Below are positions 15,251 to 28,159 of a DNA stretch of 64,000 bases, piece after piece. This stretch comes from Eledone cirrhosa. Taxonomy: Eukaryota. Positions within the stretch are counted from its first letter, which is position 1. Each line of letters starts with the position of its first letter. The DNA lies in assembly GCA_964016885.1 (NCBI GenBank), contig OZ024766.1:18786001-18850000 (forward strand), given 5' to 3'. Both the position numbers and the translations under genes were made by a program. The notes below the pieces were generated by a model that saw only the letters and a program-made list of their open reading frames with translations, made no database searches and was not told where the DNA came from.

Positions 15251-16602
15251 CTTGTGTATGAATATATTGATTTACTGTGAACCTACACAGGTTACATAGA
15301 GAAAGGTCAAAGATATGTTTAAAATATTTAAAAATAAATATATATTTATTCATTATTTTTTTTCCTTTTTAACATCAAAATATTTCAATTTTATATTTTA
15401 TATCAAAGTTTCGATTTTTTTTTATTAATCAATAACTTTTTTTATTTGTAATTTTTCTCGGACTTATTTTTTCCTTACTAGCGTATAGATATATCGATTT
15501 ACCATTGAGGTCAGCATGTTATCTTGACAAAGGTCATTAACGATTCAAAGCTATTATAATTCCATTCACATGTAGTGATATAAATCCGCGGAAGTACTTT
15601 GTCCTTACTTTATATTATTTTTTTTTTAAACTTTAAAAATTGATTATTTCCAAATAAAATAAATCTTGATTACTTTTATTAAATATATTTCATCTATATT
15701 TCAATTCCTTTATTAAACAGTAAAACTGATATTTTCAGGGGATTATTTCTTTTTCAGTTGGCGTATGAATATATTGATTACCTTTTTACTGTTTTTGTTC
15801 GGGTCACGCTGAGAAGAGTGAAACAAGTTCTCCATTTGTACTGTTATAACTTCTCACGTAGCCGTCATTATAATATATACATTATTTAAAATGAATATTT
15901 TTAAATAATGAATATATAATATATTATATTTTGTTTAATTTCTACGTTTACAATAAATATTTTCTAAAAATTCCCACCATTTCTAAAAATATTTTTCTCG
16001 ACTGCTGTAGAAATTTTTTTTTTATTGTGCGCAATTCAAAGAATTTAATAAATGTATAAATTCTTAAGAGATATTATCTCCTTAAGTATAATATCTATGT
16101 ATATAAAGACATTATATACATAAAGACTATATATATTATAATTTTATATATATAAATATATACAGTGTGGGATTGACCTCGAAGCGAAAGACCTAGTGAT
16201 CTCGTTGTTATGAGATCACCCATTTTATTCATATGCACGAATAATTATATATATATATATATATGTATGTGTACTTTATATATTAAATATATATGTATAT
16301 ATAATATATAAAGTATAACAAAATATATATATATATATATATGTGTGTGTGTTGTGTTAAGAGTTTGAAGTGGAGTATTGCGGCGTAATTAAAAATGACT
16401 CCATCATTATAAGGGAGTGTATGAAAAATAAACGTGGGTTTCTTCAAACACCGAAACGAAACATTAATTTTTTTAGCAATTTTATATCATATCTATATAT
16501 ATATATATATATATATTAGTATATATATTTTTATAATATATTTATATATATATATATTAATATATGTATTCATATATATATATATACGTATATATATTGT
16601 AT

Positions 16603-16636
<34 letters not shown>

Positions 16637-16777
16637 GATGTATACACGCACATATATATATTATCGCCATACATACACACATATATATATTTACCCAAAC
16701 AAAGGCCAGTTTAAAAGTGACCCTTCCAATATAAAGTGGGGGCAATAAATTGAACCCGGTTTACACTATATATATAT

Positions 16778-16890
<113 letters not shown>

Positions 16891-16907
16891 CACACACACA
16901 CACACAC

Positions 16908-16947
<40 letters not shown>

Positions 16948-16950
<3 letters not shown>

Positions 16951-17359
16951 TGGCTGCCAACTCGTTTTCGAGTACGGCCACTACTTTATATCCATGTAGG
17001 AGAACCCCTACCGATGCGCTGAATGAGTGTGACTTTTCAGTCCAGCCAGCAACTTGAAAACTCTGGTACAAACACTACACTTGTGACAATTACTGACACA
17101 TAGTGCTGGGCCCATGGTACCATGTGACGACAAGTGCAGAGAGATCTCCAGATATAAAGCAATGCCTGTGCTGTGAAGCTTTTATAGTGAGCAAAGGCAC
17201 TGCACAAAGCCAGTCCCACTCTCTTAACCAAGATGATATTTACCAAAAAGAAGAACAAGTCAACATCATTGGATACCATCAGGGTTGCAGGTGTTATATC
17301 AGAGTTTTCCTTCTCCTAGAATTCTGCCTTGACAAAGGCTAAGGGGTCATCTCTCCCGG
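16948..17359 (+). mobile_element. Dispersed repeat, copy 1 (truncated), flanked by (TA)n
   Basis: Near-identical reverse complement of 28942-29355 and 58469-58882; the same 79/80-aa spurious ORFs appear in all three copies. Confidence 0.9.
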
Positions 17360-17499
17360 ATATATATATATATATACACACATATATATATATATGTAAT
17401 GTAGGATGTGAGTTTTATTGGAGCACAATAAAGCAATGCGTATATGTTGATTTAAAACTTCACTATTCACAAGTGTTTTTTAAGCTTCATATGTCTCCC

Positions 17500-17570
17500 T
17501 ATTTTATCTGATGAGAATGCAGATATCATCCCATGATGATATTTGTTTTTGAAATGCGCATAATAAAATA
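17500..17570 (+). ncRNA. Minimal type-I hammerhead ribozyme
   Basis: TATTTTAT-CTGATGA-GAATGCAGATATCATC-ccat-GATGATATTTGTTTTT-GAAA-TGCGCA-TA-ATAAAATA. It has a perfect 8-bp stem I, intact CUGAUGA and GAAA cores, a stem II pairing at 15 of 16 positions (with G-U), a palindromic stem III (ATGCGCAT) and an AUA cleavage triplet. Confidence 0.85.
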
Positions 17571-17604
17571 CTTGGAACTCTTTTAACCATCTCTTGATCT
17601 TATA

Positions 17605-17605
17605 T

Positions 17606-17652
<47 letters not shown>

Positions 17653-17805
17653 ATATATATGTGTGTGTGTGTGTATATATATGTGTGTGTGTGTGTATAT
17701 ATATGTGTGTGTGTTTGTATATATATATGTGTGTGTGTATATATATATATGTGTGTGTATATATATATATGTGTGTGTATATATATGTGTGTGTGTGTAT
17801 ATATA

Positions 17806-17836
<31 letters not shown>

Positions 17837-17877
17837 GTGTGTGTATGTATATATATATGTGTGTTTGTATATATATA

Positions 17878-17908
<31 letters not shown>

Positions 17909-17947
17909 GTGTGTGTATATATATGTGTGTGTGTGTATATATATATA

Positions 17948-17986
<39 letters not shown>

Positions 17987-18085
17987 ATGTATATATATAT
18001 GTGTGTATGTATATATATATGTGTGTATATATATATATATGTGTGTATATATATATATATGTGTGTGTATATATATATGTGTGTG

Positions 18086-18116
<31 letters not shown>

Positions 18117-18493
18117 ATATATATATGTGTGTGTGTGTATATATATATGTGTGTGTGTATATATATATATATGTGTGTATATATATATGTGTGTATATAT
18201 ATATATATGTGTGTATATATATATGTATGTGTGTATATATATGTATGTGTGTGTGTATATATATATATGTGTGTATATATATGTGTGTATATATATATAT
18301 GTGTGTGTATATATATGTGTGTGTGTATATATATATATGTATGTGTGTATATATATATATGTGTGTGTGTGTATATATATATGAGTGTGTATATATATAT
18401 ATATATGTGTATGTCTATATATATATGTGTGTGTGTATATATATATATATATGTGTGTGTGTATATATATATGTGTGTGTGTGTATATATATA

Positions 18494-18539
<46 letters not shown>

Positions 18540-18580
18540 GTGTGTGTGTGTATATATATATATACTGTATATATACATAT
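17605..18580. repeat. Compound (TA)n(TG)n microsatellite
   Basis: Direct inspection. Confidence 0.95.
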
Positions 18581-18596
18581 ATTGTTGTTTCTCGCA

Positions 18597-18627
18597 GGAC
18601 ATGTTCGAGGCAGGCCAAGACATGTCC
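18597..18627. promoter_or_regulatory. Candidate p53-family response element
   Basis: Two perfect RRRCWWGYYY decamers (GGACATGTTC at 18597-18606 and AGACATGTCC at 18618-18627) with a degenerate half-site AGGCAGGCCA between them. Confidence 0.45.
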
Positions 18628-18670
18628 CCGTTTCATTGCAGTTAAGTTGATGGCGAGGCTAAGGCACTGG
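18598..18670 (+). other. Possible non-coding 5'-UTR exon of CCDC77
   Basis: Acceptor-like TTGTTGTTTCTCGCAG at 18582-18597 and donor-like GG|GTAACA at 18671. The first coding exon has its own acceptor at 24114, so an upstream exon is expected. Confidence 0.3.
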
Positions 18671-20127
18671 GTAACAGCCAAGCGCCCTTAAATTTAACAC
18701 CTCCTCTCTCCCACCTCCATCATATCAACAAATATAGCCAGCTACAGAGTTGTCTTCCCTTGACTCCCCCCTTTCTCCCTTAGTTTCTGTATATCTGTAA
18801 ACCTGTAGTGTCACTGCCCATCGCCAGGTGGCGTATGTGTCGCCAGAAGAAGTAATTTTTAAAAAAAAACTTCTACATACTCGGATATACCACTTTTTCA
18901 TATCTGGTAAATATTGTCTCACCTTTCGTTAATTACCCCTTAATTACTACCACTTCCCACCTGTTTAAGACACCCCTGATACTGATCATACCTAGATCGA
19001 TCCCTGCCTGATGCTGCAGCCCCAAATCGATATCGATCTTGTCTGTTTTATATTTATAAACCAATCTGAAATATTTCCCGCCGTTTTTTCTCTCTCGTAT
19101 CTTTGCATCCTCCACGTCCGAGTTTGTCGCCTCATAACTTTTTTATTAATTAATATTTTTTAATTAAATTTTCCTCGGATATATTTCAAACTATGCAGAT
19201 TACGTTGATGAAATTAGGAGGAAAACTGTTAATTTTTCTGAAGGTTATGAGCGATCAAACATGGAGGGTGGTCAGGATTTTGATGTCTTCAAACATGTTA
19301 CAACCTGTTGAACACAGTCCCACTTAAGTGTTAATATATAATGTATGTATATATATAATATATATATAATGTATGTATATATATAATATATATATAATGT
19401 ATATATATATATTATGTATATATATATATAATGTATATATATATAATGTGTATATATATATATATATAATGTATATATATATAATGTGTATATATATATA
19501 TATATAATGTATATATATATAATGTATATATATAATGTATATATATATAATGTGTATATATATATAATGTATATATATATAATGTGTATATATATATAAT
19601 ATATATATATATATAATGTATGTGTATATATATATAATATATATATATATAATGTATATATATATATATAATATTATGTATATATATATATAATGTATAT
19701 ATATATATTATATATATATATAATGTATATATATAATATGTATATATATATATATATATGTGTGTGTCTATGTATATATAATGTGTGTGCGTATGTATAA
19801 GATGTAATTCAAGGGGCCACGTCAAAGAAGCACGTGTCTGAAGAATGCTCAGTCACTTACGTTAATTGCACGAGCAGGTCTTCTTTCTCTGTTGATCGAA
19901 CAACTGTGACACTCTTCGGTGAAAGCGACGGAAGACCGCAACCTGCTCGGACTGGACAAGGGGAGATAACTCGGCTCTAAGCCGGTTCGTTTAGTTTTGC
20001 TGTGAACTGGGCAGGGTTCCTTCGTTTATTACTGGTATTTAGGAGACACTGAAGTCAGTACTGTTCCTGTTGACTGGCCTATGGTGAAGAATACTCCATC
20101 CGTGACCATCCTGTCATATTTAGTCAT

Positions 20128-22563
20128 GGTGTATCTAGGACTACATTATCTAATGTACAGTACAGTAGTTAGTATTAGTGGCTATCAGACATAGTGTATC
20201 TAGGACTACATTATCTAATGTACAGTACAGTAGTTAGTATTAGTGGCTATCAGACATAGTGTATCTAGGACTACATTATCTAATGTACAGTACAGTAGTT
20301 AGTATTAGTGGCTATCAGACATAGTGTATCTAGGACTACATTATCTAATGTACAGTACAGTAGTTAGTATTAGTGGCTATCAGACATAGTATACCTAGGA
20401 CTACATTATCTAATGTACAGTACAGTAGTTAGTATTAGTGGCTATCAGACATAGTGTATCTAGGACTACATTATCTAATGTACAGTACAGTAGTTAGTAT
20501 TAGTGGCTATCAGACATAGTGTATCTAGGACTACATTATCTAATGTACAGTACAGTAGTTAGTATTAGTGGCTATCAGACATAGTGTATCTAGGACTACA
20601 TTATCTAATGTACAGTACAGTAGTTAGTATTAGTGGCTATCAGACATAGTGTATCTAGGACTACATTATCTAATGTACAGTACAGTAGTTAGTATTAGTG
20701 GCTATCAGACATAGTATACCTAGGACTACATTATCTAATGTACAGTACAGTAGTTAGTATTAGTGGCTATCAGACATAGTGTATCTAGGACTACATTATC
20801 TAATGTACAGTACAGTAGTTAGTATTAGTGGCTATCAGACATAGTGTATCTAGGACTACATTATCTAATGTACAGTACAGTAGTTAGTATTAGTGGCTAT
20901 CAGACATAGTGTATCTAGGACTACATTATCTAATGTACAGTACAGTAGTTAGTATTAGTGGCTATCAGACATAGTGTACCTAGGACTACATTATCTAATG
21001 TACAGTACAGTAGTTAGTATTAGTGGCTATCAGACATAGTGTATCTAGGACTACATTATCTAATGTACAGTACAGTAGTTAGTATTAGTGGCTATCAGAC
21101 ATAGTGTATCTAGGACTACATTATCTAATGTACAGTACAGTAGTTAGTATTAGTGGCTATCAGACATAGTGTACCTAGGACTACATTATCTAATGTACAG
21201 TACAGTAGTTAGTATTAGTGGCTATCAGACATAGTATATCTAGGACTACATTATCTAATGTACAGTACAGTAGTTAGTATTAGTGGCTATCAGACATAGT
21301 GTATCTAGGACTACATTATCTAATGTACAGTACAGTAGTTAGTATTAGTGGCTATCAGACATAGTGTATCTAGGACTACATTATCTAATGTACAGTACAG
21401 TAGTTAGTATTGGTGGCTATCAGACATAGTATATCTAGGACTACATTATCTAATGTACAGTACAGTAGTTAGTATTAGTGGCTATCAGACATAGTGTATC
21501 TAGGACTGCATTATCTAATGTACAGTACAGTAGTTAGTATTAGTGGCTATCAGACATAGTATATCTAGGACTACATTATCTAATGTACAGTAGTTAGTAT
21601 TAGTGGCTATCAGACATAGTGTATCTAGGACTACATTATCTAATGTACAGTACAGTAGTTAGTATTAGTGGCTATCAGACATAGTGTATCTAGGACTACA
21701 TTATCTAATGTACAGTACAGTAATTAGTATTAGTGGCTATCAGACATAGTATATATAGGACTACATTATCTAATGTACAGTACAGTAGTTAGTATTAGTG
21801 GCTATCAGACATAGTATATCTAGGAATACATTATCTAATGTACAGTACAGTAGTTAGTATTAGTGGCTATCAGACATAGTGTATCTAGGACTACATTATC
21901 TAATGTACAGTACAGTAATTAGTATTAGTGGCTATCAGACATAGTATATATAGGACTACATTATCTAATGTACAGTACAGTAGTTAGTATTAGTGGCTAT
22001 CAGACATAGTATATCTAGGAATACATTATCTAATGTACAGTACAGTAGTTAGTATTAGTGGCTATCAGACATAGTATATCTAGGAATACATTATCTAATG
22101 TACAGTACAGTAGTTAGTATTAGTGGCTATCAGACATAGTGTATCTAGGACTACATTATCTAATGTACAGTACAGTAGTTAGTATTAGTGGCTATCAGAC
22201 ATAGTATATATAGGACTACCTTATCTAATGTACAGTACAGTAGTTAGTATTAGTGGCTATCTGACATAGTGTATCTAGGACTACATTATCTTATGTACAG
22301 TACAGTAGTTAGTATTAGTGGCTATCAGACATAGTATATCTAGGACTACATTATCTAATGTACAGTACAGTAGTTAGTATTAGTGGCTATCAGACATAGT
22401 GTATCTAGGACTACATTATCTTATGTACAGTACAGTAGTTAGTATTAGTGGCTATCAGACATAGTATATCTAGGACTACATTATCTAATGTACAGTACAG
22501 TAGTTAGTATTAGTGGCTATCAGACATAGTATATCTAGGACTACATTATCTAATGTACAGTAC
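20128..22563 (+). repeat. 65-bp satellite, about 37 units; reverse complement of the 29.7-42.7 kb array
   Basis: Unit GTGTATCTAGGACTACATTATCTAATGTACAGTACAGTAGTTAGTATTAGTGGCTATCAGACATA. Confidence 0.97.
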
Positions 22564-22609
22564 ACCACTCCCCCACACACCCTCGGAACTCTCTTCACGA
22601 ACTTTTCTC

Positions 22610-22637
22610 CTGAAGAAAGACTTATGCCCGAAACGTC
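22610..22637 (+). ncRNA. Degenerate minimal hammerhead motif within a Penelope-like terminal remnant
   Basis: CTGAAGA-aagac ttat gccc-GAAA-CG-TC. The cores and the ACGT palindromic stem III are intact, but stem II is mismatched. Confidence 0.55.
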
Positions 22638-22729
22638 GTTCCCCTCCCTCCACTCTCAAGAGCCTGAAACTAATAAACCTCTGTTTGTACTGCCTCTCTG
22701 ATTCCGTTCCCGTTCCAGTTTTCACTATA

Positions 22730-22823
22730 CATATATATATGTGTAGTATATATACATATATACAGTATATATACATATATATATACAGTATATATACATA
22801 TATATATACAGTATATATATATA

Positions 22824-22883
<60 letters not shown>

Positions 22884-23125
22884 TGTGTATATGTGTATAT
22901 ATATATGTGTATATATATATGTGTATATATATATATATATATGTGTATATATATATATATATATGTGTATATATATGTTTATATATATATATATATATAT
23001 GTGTATATATATATATATGTGTTTATATATATATATATGTGAGTGTGTATATATGTGTGTGTGTGTGTGTCTATATATATATGTGTGTTTATATATATGT
23101 GTGTATATATATATGTGTTTATATA

Positions 23126-23162
<37 letters not shown>

Positions 23163-23702
23163 GTGTGTGTGTGTATATATATATATATGAGTGTGTGTGT
23201 GTATATATATATATATGTCTTTGTGTATATATATATATATATACATGTGCGTCAGTATATATATGTGTCTGTGTGGGTATACATATGTATATATATATGT
23301 GTATACATATGTATAATATATGTGTGTATATAATGTATTTATAAACGTGTATAACTGTTATTGCACGTATATTATGAGGGTGTATATGCATTTATTTATA
23401 CATTTGTGCATACATATATATATCTGTGTATATGTGTATATACATGTATGCATGTGTGGTATATATACATGTTTGTGTATGTATGTATATATATATATAT
23501 ATATATGCGTGTATATATATATATATGTCTGTGTATATGTATATGTGGTGTATATGTATATATATGTTTGTATGTATATATATATATATGTCTGTGTATA
23601 TGTATATATGTTTGTGTATGTATATATATATATGCGTGTCTGTTTATGTATATGTGTGTATATATAAATGTGTATATATATATATATATATATGCATGTG
23701 TG

Positions 23703-23754
<52 letters not shown>

Positions 23755-23959
23755 TGTGTGTATATGTATGTGTGTATGTATATATATATATATATGCGTA
23801 TGTGTATATTTATATGTGCGTATGTAATATATGCGTGTGTATATGTATATGTATGTATATATATATATATATGTATGTGTGTGTATATGTATGTATATAT
23901 ATGTATGTGTGTGTATATATATATATGCGTGTGTATATATGTATATGTGTGTATGTATG

Positions 23960-24003
<44 letters not shown>

Positions 24004-24036
24004 TGTGTATGTATATATATATATATGTGTGTGTAC

Positions 24037-24077
<41 letters not shown>

Positions 24078-24080
24078 CAT
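22730..24080. repeat. Compound (TA)n(TG)n microsatellite
   Basis: Direct inspection. Confidence 0.95.
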
Positions 24081-24190
24081 ATTTGTACCATTTTTTTTAT
24101 CATTCTTATTGCAGGAGAAACGCGAATCTCCCTGAGAGAGAGAGAGAGAGAAAAACAAAAACAAAAAGAAAACAAAAAAAATAAAACAAA

Positions 24191-26024
24191 ATGGCCGTTA
24201 ACCCGACAGCTTTCCTCAACAGAAACACCAACGCACTTCTAGTAGACATTGATGATGATGATGATGATAGTGGTGGTGGTGGTGGTGGCGGTGGTGGTGA
24301 AATAAAGGGTTCGACCACCGACCGGCTCGGCAGACTGGGCTGTCGCTTCTATAGCAACAGCAACACTGGTGACCCCTCGCCAGACCCCGGCGTGGGCCCG
24401 TTCGGCGACGACGGCGGCGCCGCCAAGTTCGGCTACGCAATTCGCTACCAGCAGCTGCCCCGCCGCCGCCGCCGCCTCCCCCAACACCCTCTTCTGAGTG
24501 AGAAAGCTGGTGGTGGTGGTGGTGGTGGTGGTGATGTTGATGTTGGTGGCGGTGGTGTATACGATGATGATGATGATGATGTTGGTGGTGGTGGTGGTGG
24601 TGGTGGTGTATATGATGATGATGAAGATGGTGGTGGTGGTGTATATGATGAAGATGGTGGTGGTGGTGGTTTGTATGATGATGGTGATGATGATGGTGGT
24701 GGTGGTGGTGGTGCATATAAGGGTTTTGGTGCTATATATTATAATGGTGGAGGTGGTGGTGGTGGTGGTGGTGGTTATGGTGACATCGATGATGTTGGCA
24801 GTGATGATGATGATGATGATGACGATGATGATGATGATGGTGGTGATGGTGAAGTTGGTGGTGGTGTAGGTGGTGTAGGTGGTGGTGGTGGCGGTGTAGG
24901 TGACGTTGAAATGGGCGAATGGCTTAAAAGGGAACTCGACAAGCTTCTCGGCAGGACCAAAGAGGCAGCAACTGGTTCCGGGGACACAGAAACCGGCCAG
25001 CAGCAGCGCCCCCTGGCTGAGAGAGACGCCGGCAGCGTCCTCCGCCACCAGCACCAGCACCAGCGCCACCTGGCCGACACAGACGGCAACGTCCGTGACC
25101 AGCTGCTGCAGCGCCACCTGGCTGACAAAGGCGGCAACGCCCTTGACCAGCTGCTGCAGCGCCACCTGGCTGGCAGAGGCGGCAACGTACATGCCCTGCA
25201 GCAGCAGCGCCACCTGGCTGACAGAGGCGACAACGTACATGCGCTGGAGCAGCGCCACCTGGCTGACAGAGGCGACAACGTACATGCCCAGCTGGAGCAG
25301 CGCCACCTGGCTGACAGAGGCAGCAATGTACATGCCCAGCAGCTGCAGCGCCACCTGGCCGACAGAGGTGGCAACGTACAAGCCCAGCTGCAGCAGCGCC
25401 ACCTGGCCGACAGAGGCGACAACTTACATGCCCAGCTGGAGCAGCGCCACCTGGTCGACAGAGGTGGCAACGTACAAGCCCAGCAGCTGCAGCGCCACCT
25501 GGCCGACAGAGGTGGCAACGTACATGCCCAGCTGCAGCAGCGCCACCTGGCCGACAGAGACGGCAACGTCCGCGACCAGGCTGTATCAAAACGAGCAGCA
25601 GCAGGAGGAGCACCACCAGCTGCTGCGCTAAAAACAACAGCCAAGGGGCAGATGGTGAGGCCGGTGCTGAAGAGCGGCCCAAAGGGAGGGGAGGGGGCGA
25701 AGCAGCAGGAGGCGTCGCGGAAGAGGAGGGGGAGGAGAAACAACAGGGCGCCGGCGGGGGGAGGGGGCAAAAGAGGGGTGGCGTTCGTGACGGGCAACCG
25801 GGATAAGGGGCCGAAGGCGAAGCCCCAGGGCGCTGGGTCGAACGTGGCTCAGACGTGGAAGGGGGCGAAGGCTGTGAGAAGCCAGGGCAGCGGTCCCGAT
25901 GGCGAGGATGGCGTCGCCGAGCGGGGACAGTCAAGCGCTGGCGTGACGAAGGGAGAGGGAGCTACCAAGCCATCCGTGACCACCTCATCTGGAAATTCTT
26001 TACCAAGCATTGATGAACGACTCA
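24191..26024 (+). CDS. CCDC77: CCDC77 orthologue, coding exon 1 (exon probably starts at 24115): Gly/Asp-rich region, 16-aa repeats and a basic region
   Basis: 611 open codons ending ...[10 protein letters not shown], which matches the LPSIDxRL motif that precedes PSRELL in CCDC77. Donor A|GTAAGT at 26025 (phase 1). Acceptor TTTTTTTTATCATTCTTATTGCAG ends at 24114. The 3' end is secure; the start codon is less certain (alternative ATG at 24911). Confidence 0.75.
25002..25580 (+). repeat. Coding 48-bp tandem repeat, 11 units plus one degenerate unit
   Basis: Encodes [16 protein letters not shown]-type units; the frame is preserved throughout (one unit is 15 aa). Confidence 0.9.
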
Positions 26025-26843
26025 GTAAGTTGTACAACACTCGTATATATTTTGTGTGTGTATATATTATATATGTGTGTGTGTATATATATATATATGT
26101 GTGTGTGTAGATGTTTGTGTGTGTATATATATATATATATGTGTGTGTGTAGATGTTTGTGTGTATATATATATATATATGTGTGTGTGTATATATATAT
26201 ATGTGTGTGTGTGTGTATATATATATACATATATGTGTGTATATATATATATATGTGTGTATATATATATGTGTATATATATTTATATGTGTGTATATAT
26301 ATATATATGTGTGTGTGTGTATATATATATATGTGTGTGTGTGTGTATATATATGTGTGTATATATATATGTGTATATATATTTATATGTGTGTATATAT
26401 ATATGTGTGTGTATATATATATATGTGTGTGTGTGTATACATATGTGTGTATATATATATGTGTGTATATATATATGTGTGTGTGGGTGTATATATATAT
26501 GTGTGTGTATAGATGTTTGTGTATATATATATATTATATATATGTGTGTGTATATATATATATGTGTGTAGATGTTTGTGTATATATATATATGTGTGTG
26601 TGTGTGTATATATATATACATATATGTGTGTATATATATATATGTGTGTATATATATATAATATATGTGTGTGTGTGTATATATATATGTGTGTATATAT
26701 ATATATATGTGTGTGTGTAGATGTTTGTGTGTGTATATATATGTGTGTGTATATATATATGTGTGTGTATAGATGTTTGTGTATATATATATATATATGT
26801 GTGTGTGTATATATATATATATGTGTGTAGATGTTTGTGTGTG

Positions 26844-26874
<31 letters not shown>

Positions 26875-26927
26875 ATATATATATACATATATGTGTATAT
26901 ATATATATATGTGTGTATATATATATA

Positions 26928-26966
<39 letters not shown>

Positions 26967-27200
26967 GTGTGTGTATATATATATGTGTGTATATATATAT
27001 GTGTGTGTATATATATGTGTGTGTGTATATATATATATCTGTGTGTGTATATATATGTGTGTGTCTATCTGTGTGTAGATGTTTGTGTGTGTGTATATAC
27101 TCACACACCCTCTCTCTCTCTCTCTCTCTTTCTCACACACTCTCTCTCTACTTCTCTCTCTCTCTCTCACTCTCACCCTCTCCATCTCTGCCCCTCTCAG

Positions 27201-27322
27201 GCCAGTTGCGACCCTCCAGAGAACTTCTACAATTCTACCGTAAGAAGATCGCGGAATACAACGAGGAGCACACGTCCATCATCAGCCACGTGGAGAGTTA
27301 CAGAGAGACTTACGAAGATATG
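27201..27322 (+). CDS. CCDC77: CCDC77 coding exon 2
   Basis: Acceptor CCCCTCTCAG; encodes (S)QLRPSRELLQFYRKKIAEYNEEHTSIISHVESYRETYEDM; GT donor at 27323. The phase is consistent with both neighbouring exons. Confidence 0.92.
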
Positions 27323-27361
27323 GTACCTCCACTATCACTTCTGTTGCTTTGTTGTTTGTGT

Positions 27362-27780
27362 GGAGACTGCACTGGTGTCGACATGTGGTGTGTATGGATG
27401 GTGATTGTTGGGTGAAGAAGTGTCAGGAGTTCCCAGTGGAAGGAAGCTGCAGTAGAGGAAGACCTGGGTATAAGAGGAGACTGCACTGGTATAGACATGT
27501 GGTGTGTATGGATGGTGACTGTTGGGTGAAGAAGTGTCAGGAGTTCCCAGTGGAAGGAAGCTGCAGTAGAGGAAGACCTGGGTATAAGAGGAGACTGCAC
27601 TGGTATAGACATGTGGTGTGTATGGATGGTGATTGTTGGGTGAAGAAGTGTCAGGAGTTCCCAGTGGAAGGAAGCTGCAGTAGAGGAAGACCTGGGTATA
27701 AGAGGAGACTGCACTGGTATAGACATGTGGTGTGTATGGATGGTGATTGTTGGGTGAAGAAGTTTCAGGAGTTCCCAGTA
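27362..27780. repeat. 114-bp tandem repeat, about 3.7 units
   Basis: CTGCACTGGT recurs at 27367, 27481, 27595 and 27709. Confidence 0.95.
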
Positions 27781-27843
27781 GAACTCTAGCTTAGACAAAT
27801 TGACATGATAATGATTATATATATACATATATATATGTGTGTG

Positions 27844-27906
<63 letters not shown>

Positions 27907-27907
27907 A

Positions 27908-28040
27908 TCATCATCATCATCATTTAACGTCCATCTTCCATGCTAGCATGGGTTATTAGACAAGTTGTATAGAACTGTTTCTAGCAAGATTTCTATGGCT
28001 GGGTACTCTTCCTAACACCAACCACTTTACAGAGTGGACT
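27908..28040 (-). mobile_element. SINE-like 3' fragment
   Basis: (TCA)n-TTTAACGTCC...CCATGCTAGCATGGG...TTCCTAACACCAACCACTTTACAGAGTG is the reverse complement of the family at 3361. Confidence 0.7.
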
Positions 28041-28159
28041 GCATGTATGTGTGTGTATGAATATATGTGCATCTATCTGTATTTGTGTGTGTGTATATAT
28101 ATATATATATTTACTCAGCTGTAGAAATGAGATGATAGGGACTGGGGTCCCTATCATTC

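Noticed and set aside
17037-17342. 79/80-aa ORFs repeated three times in the window
   Set aside because: They lie within the dispersed repeat on both strands and show no recognisable domain.
24216-25934. Overlapping long ORFs in other frames and on the opposite strand of CCDC77 exon 1
   Set aside because: By-products of GC-rich trinucleotide and 48-bp repeats; only the 24191 frame splices to the conserved core.
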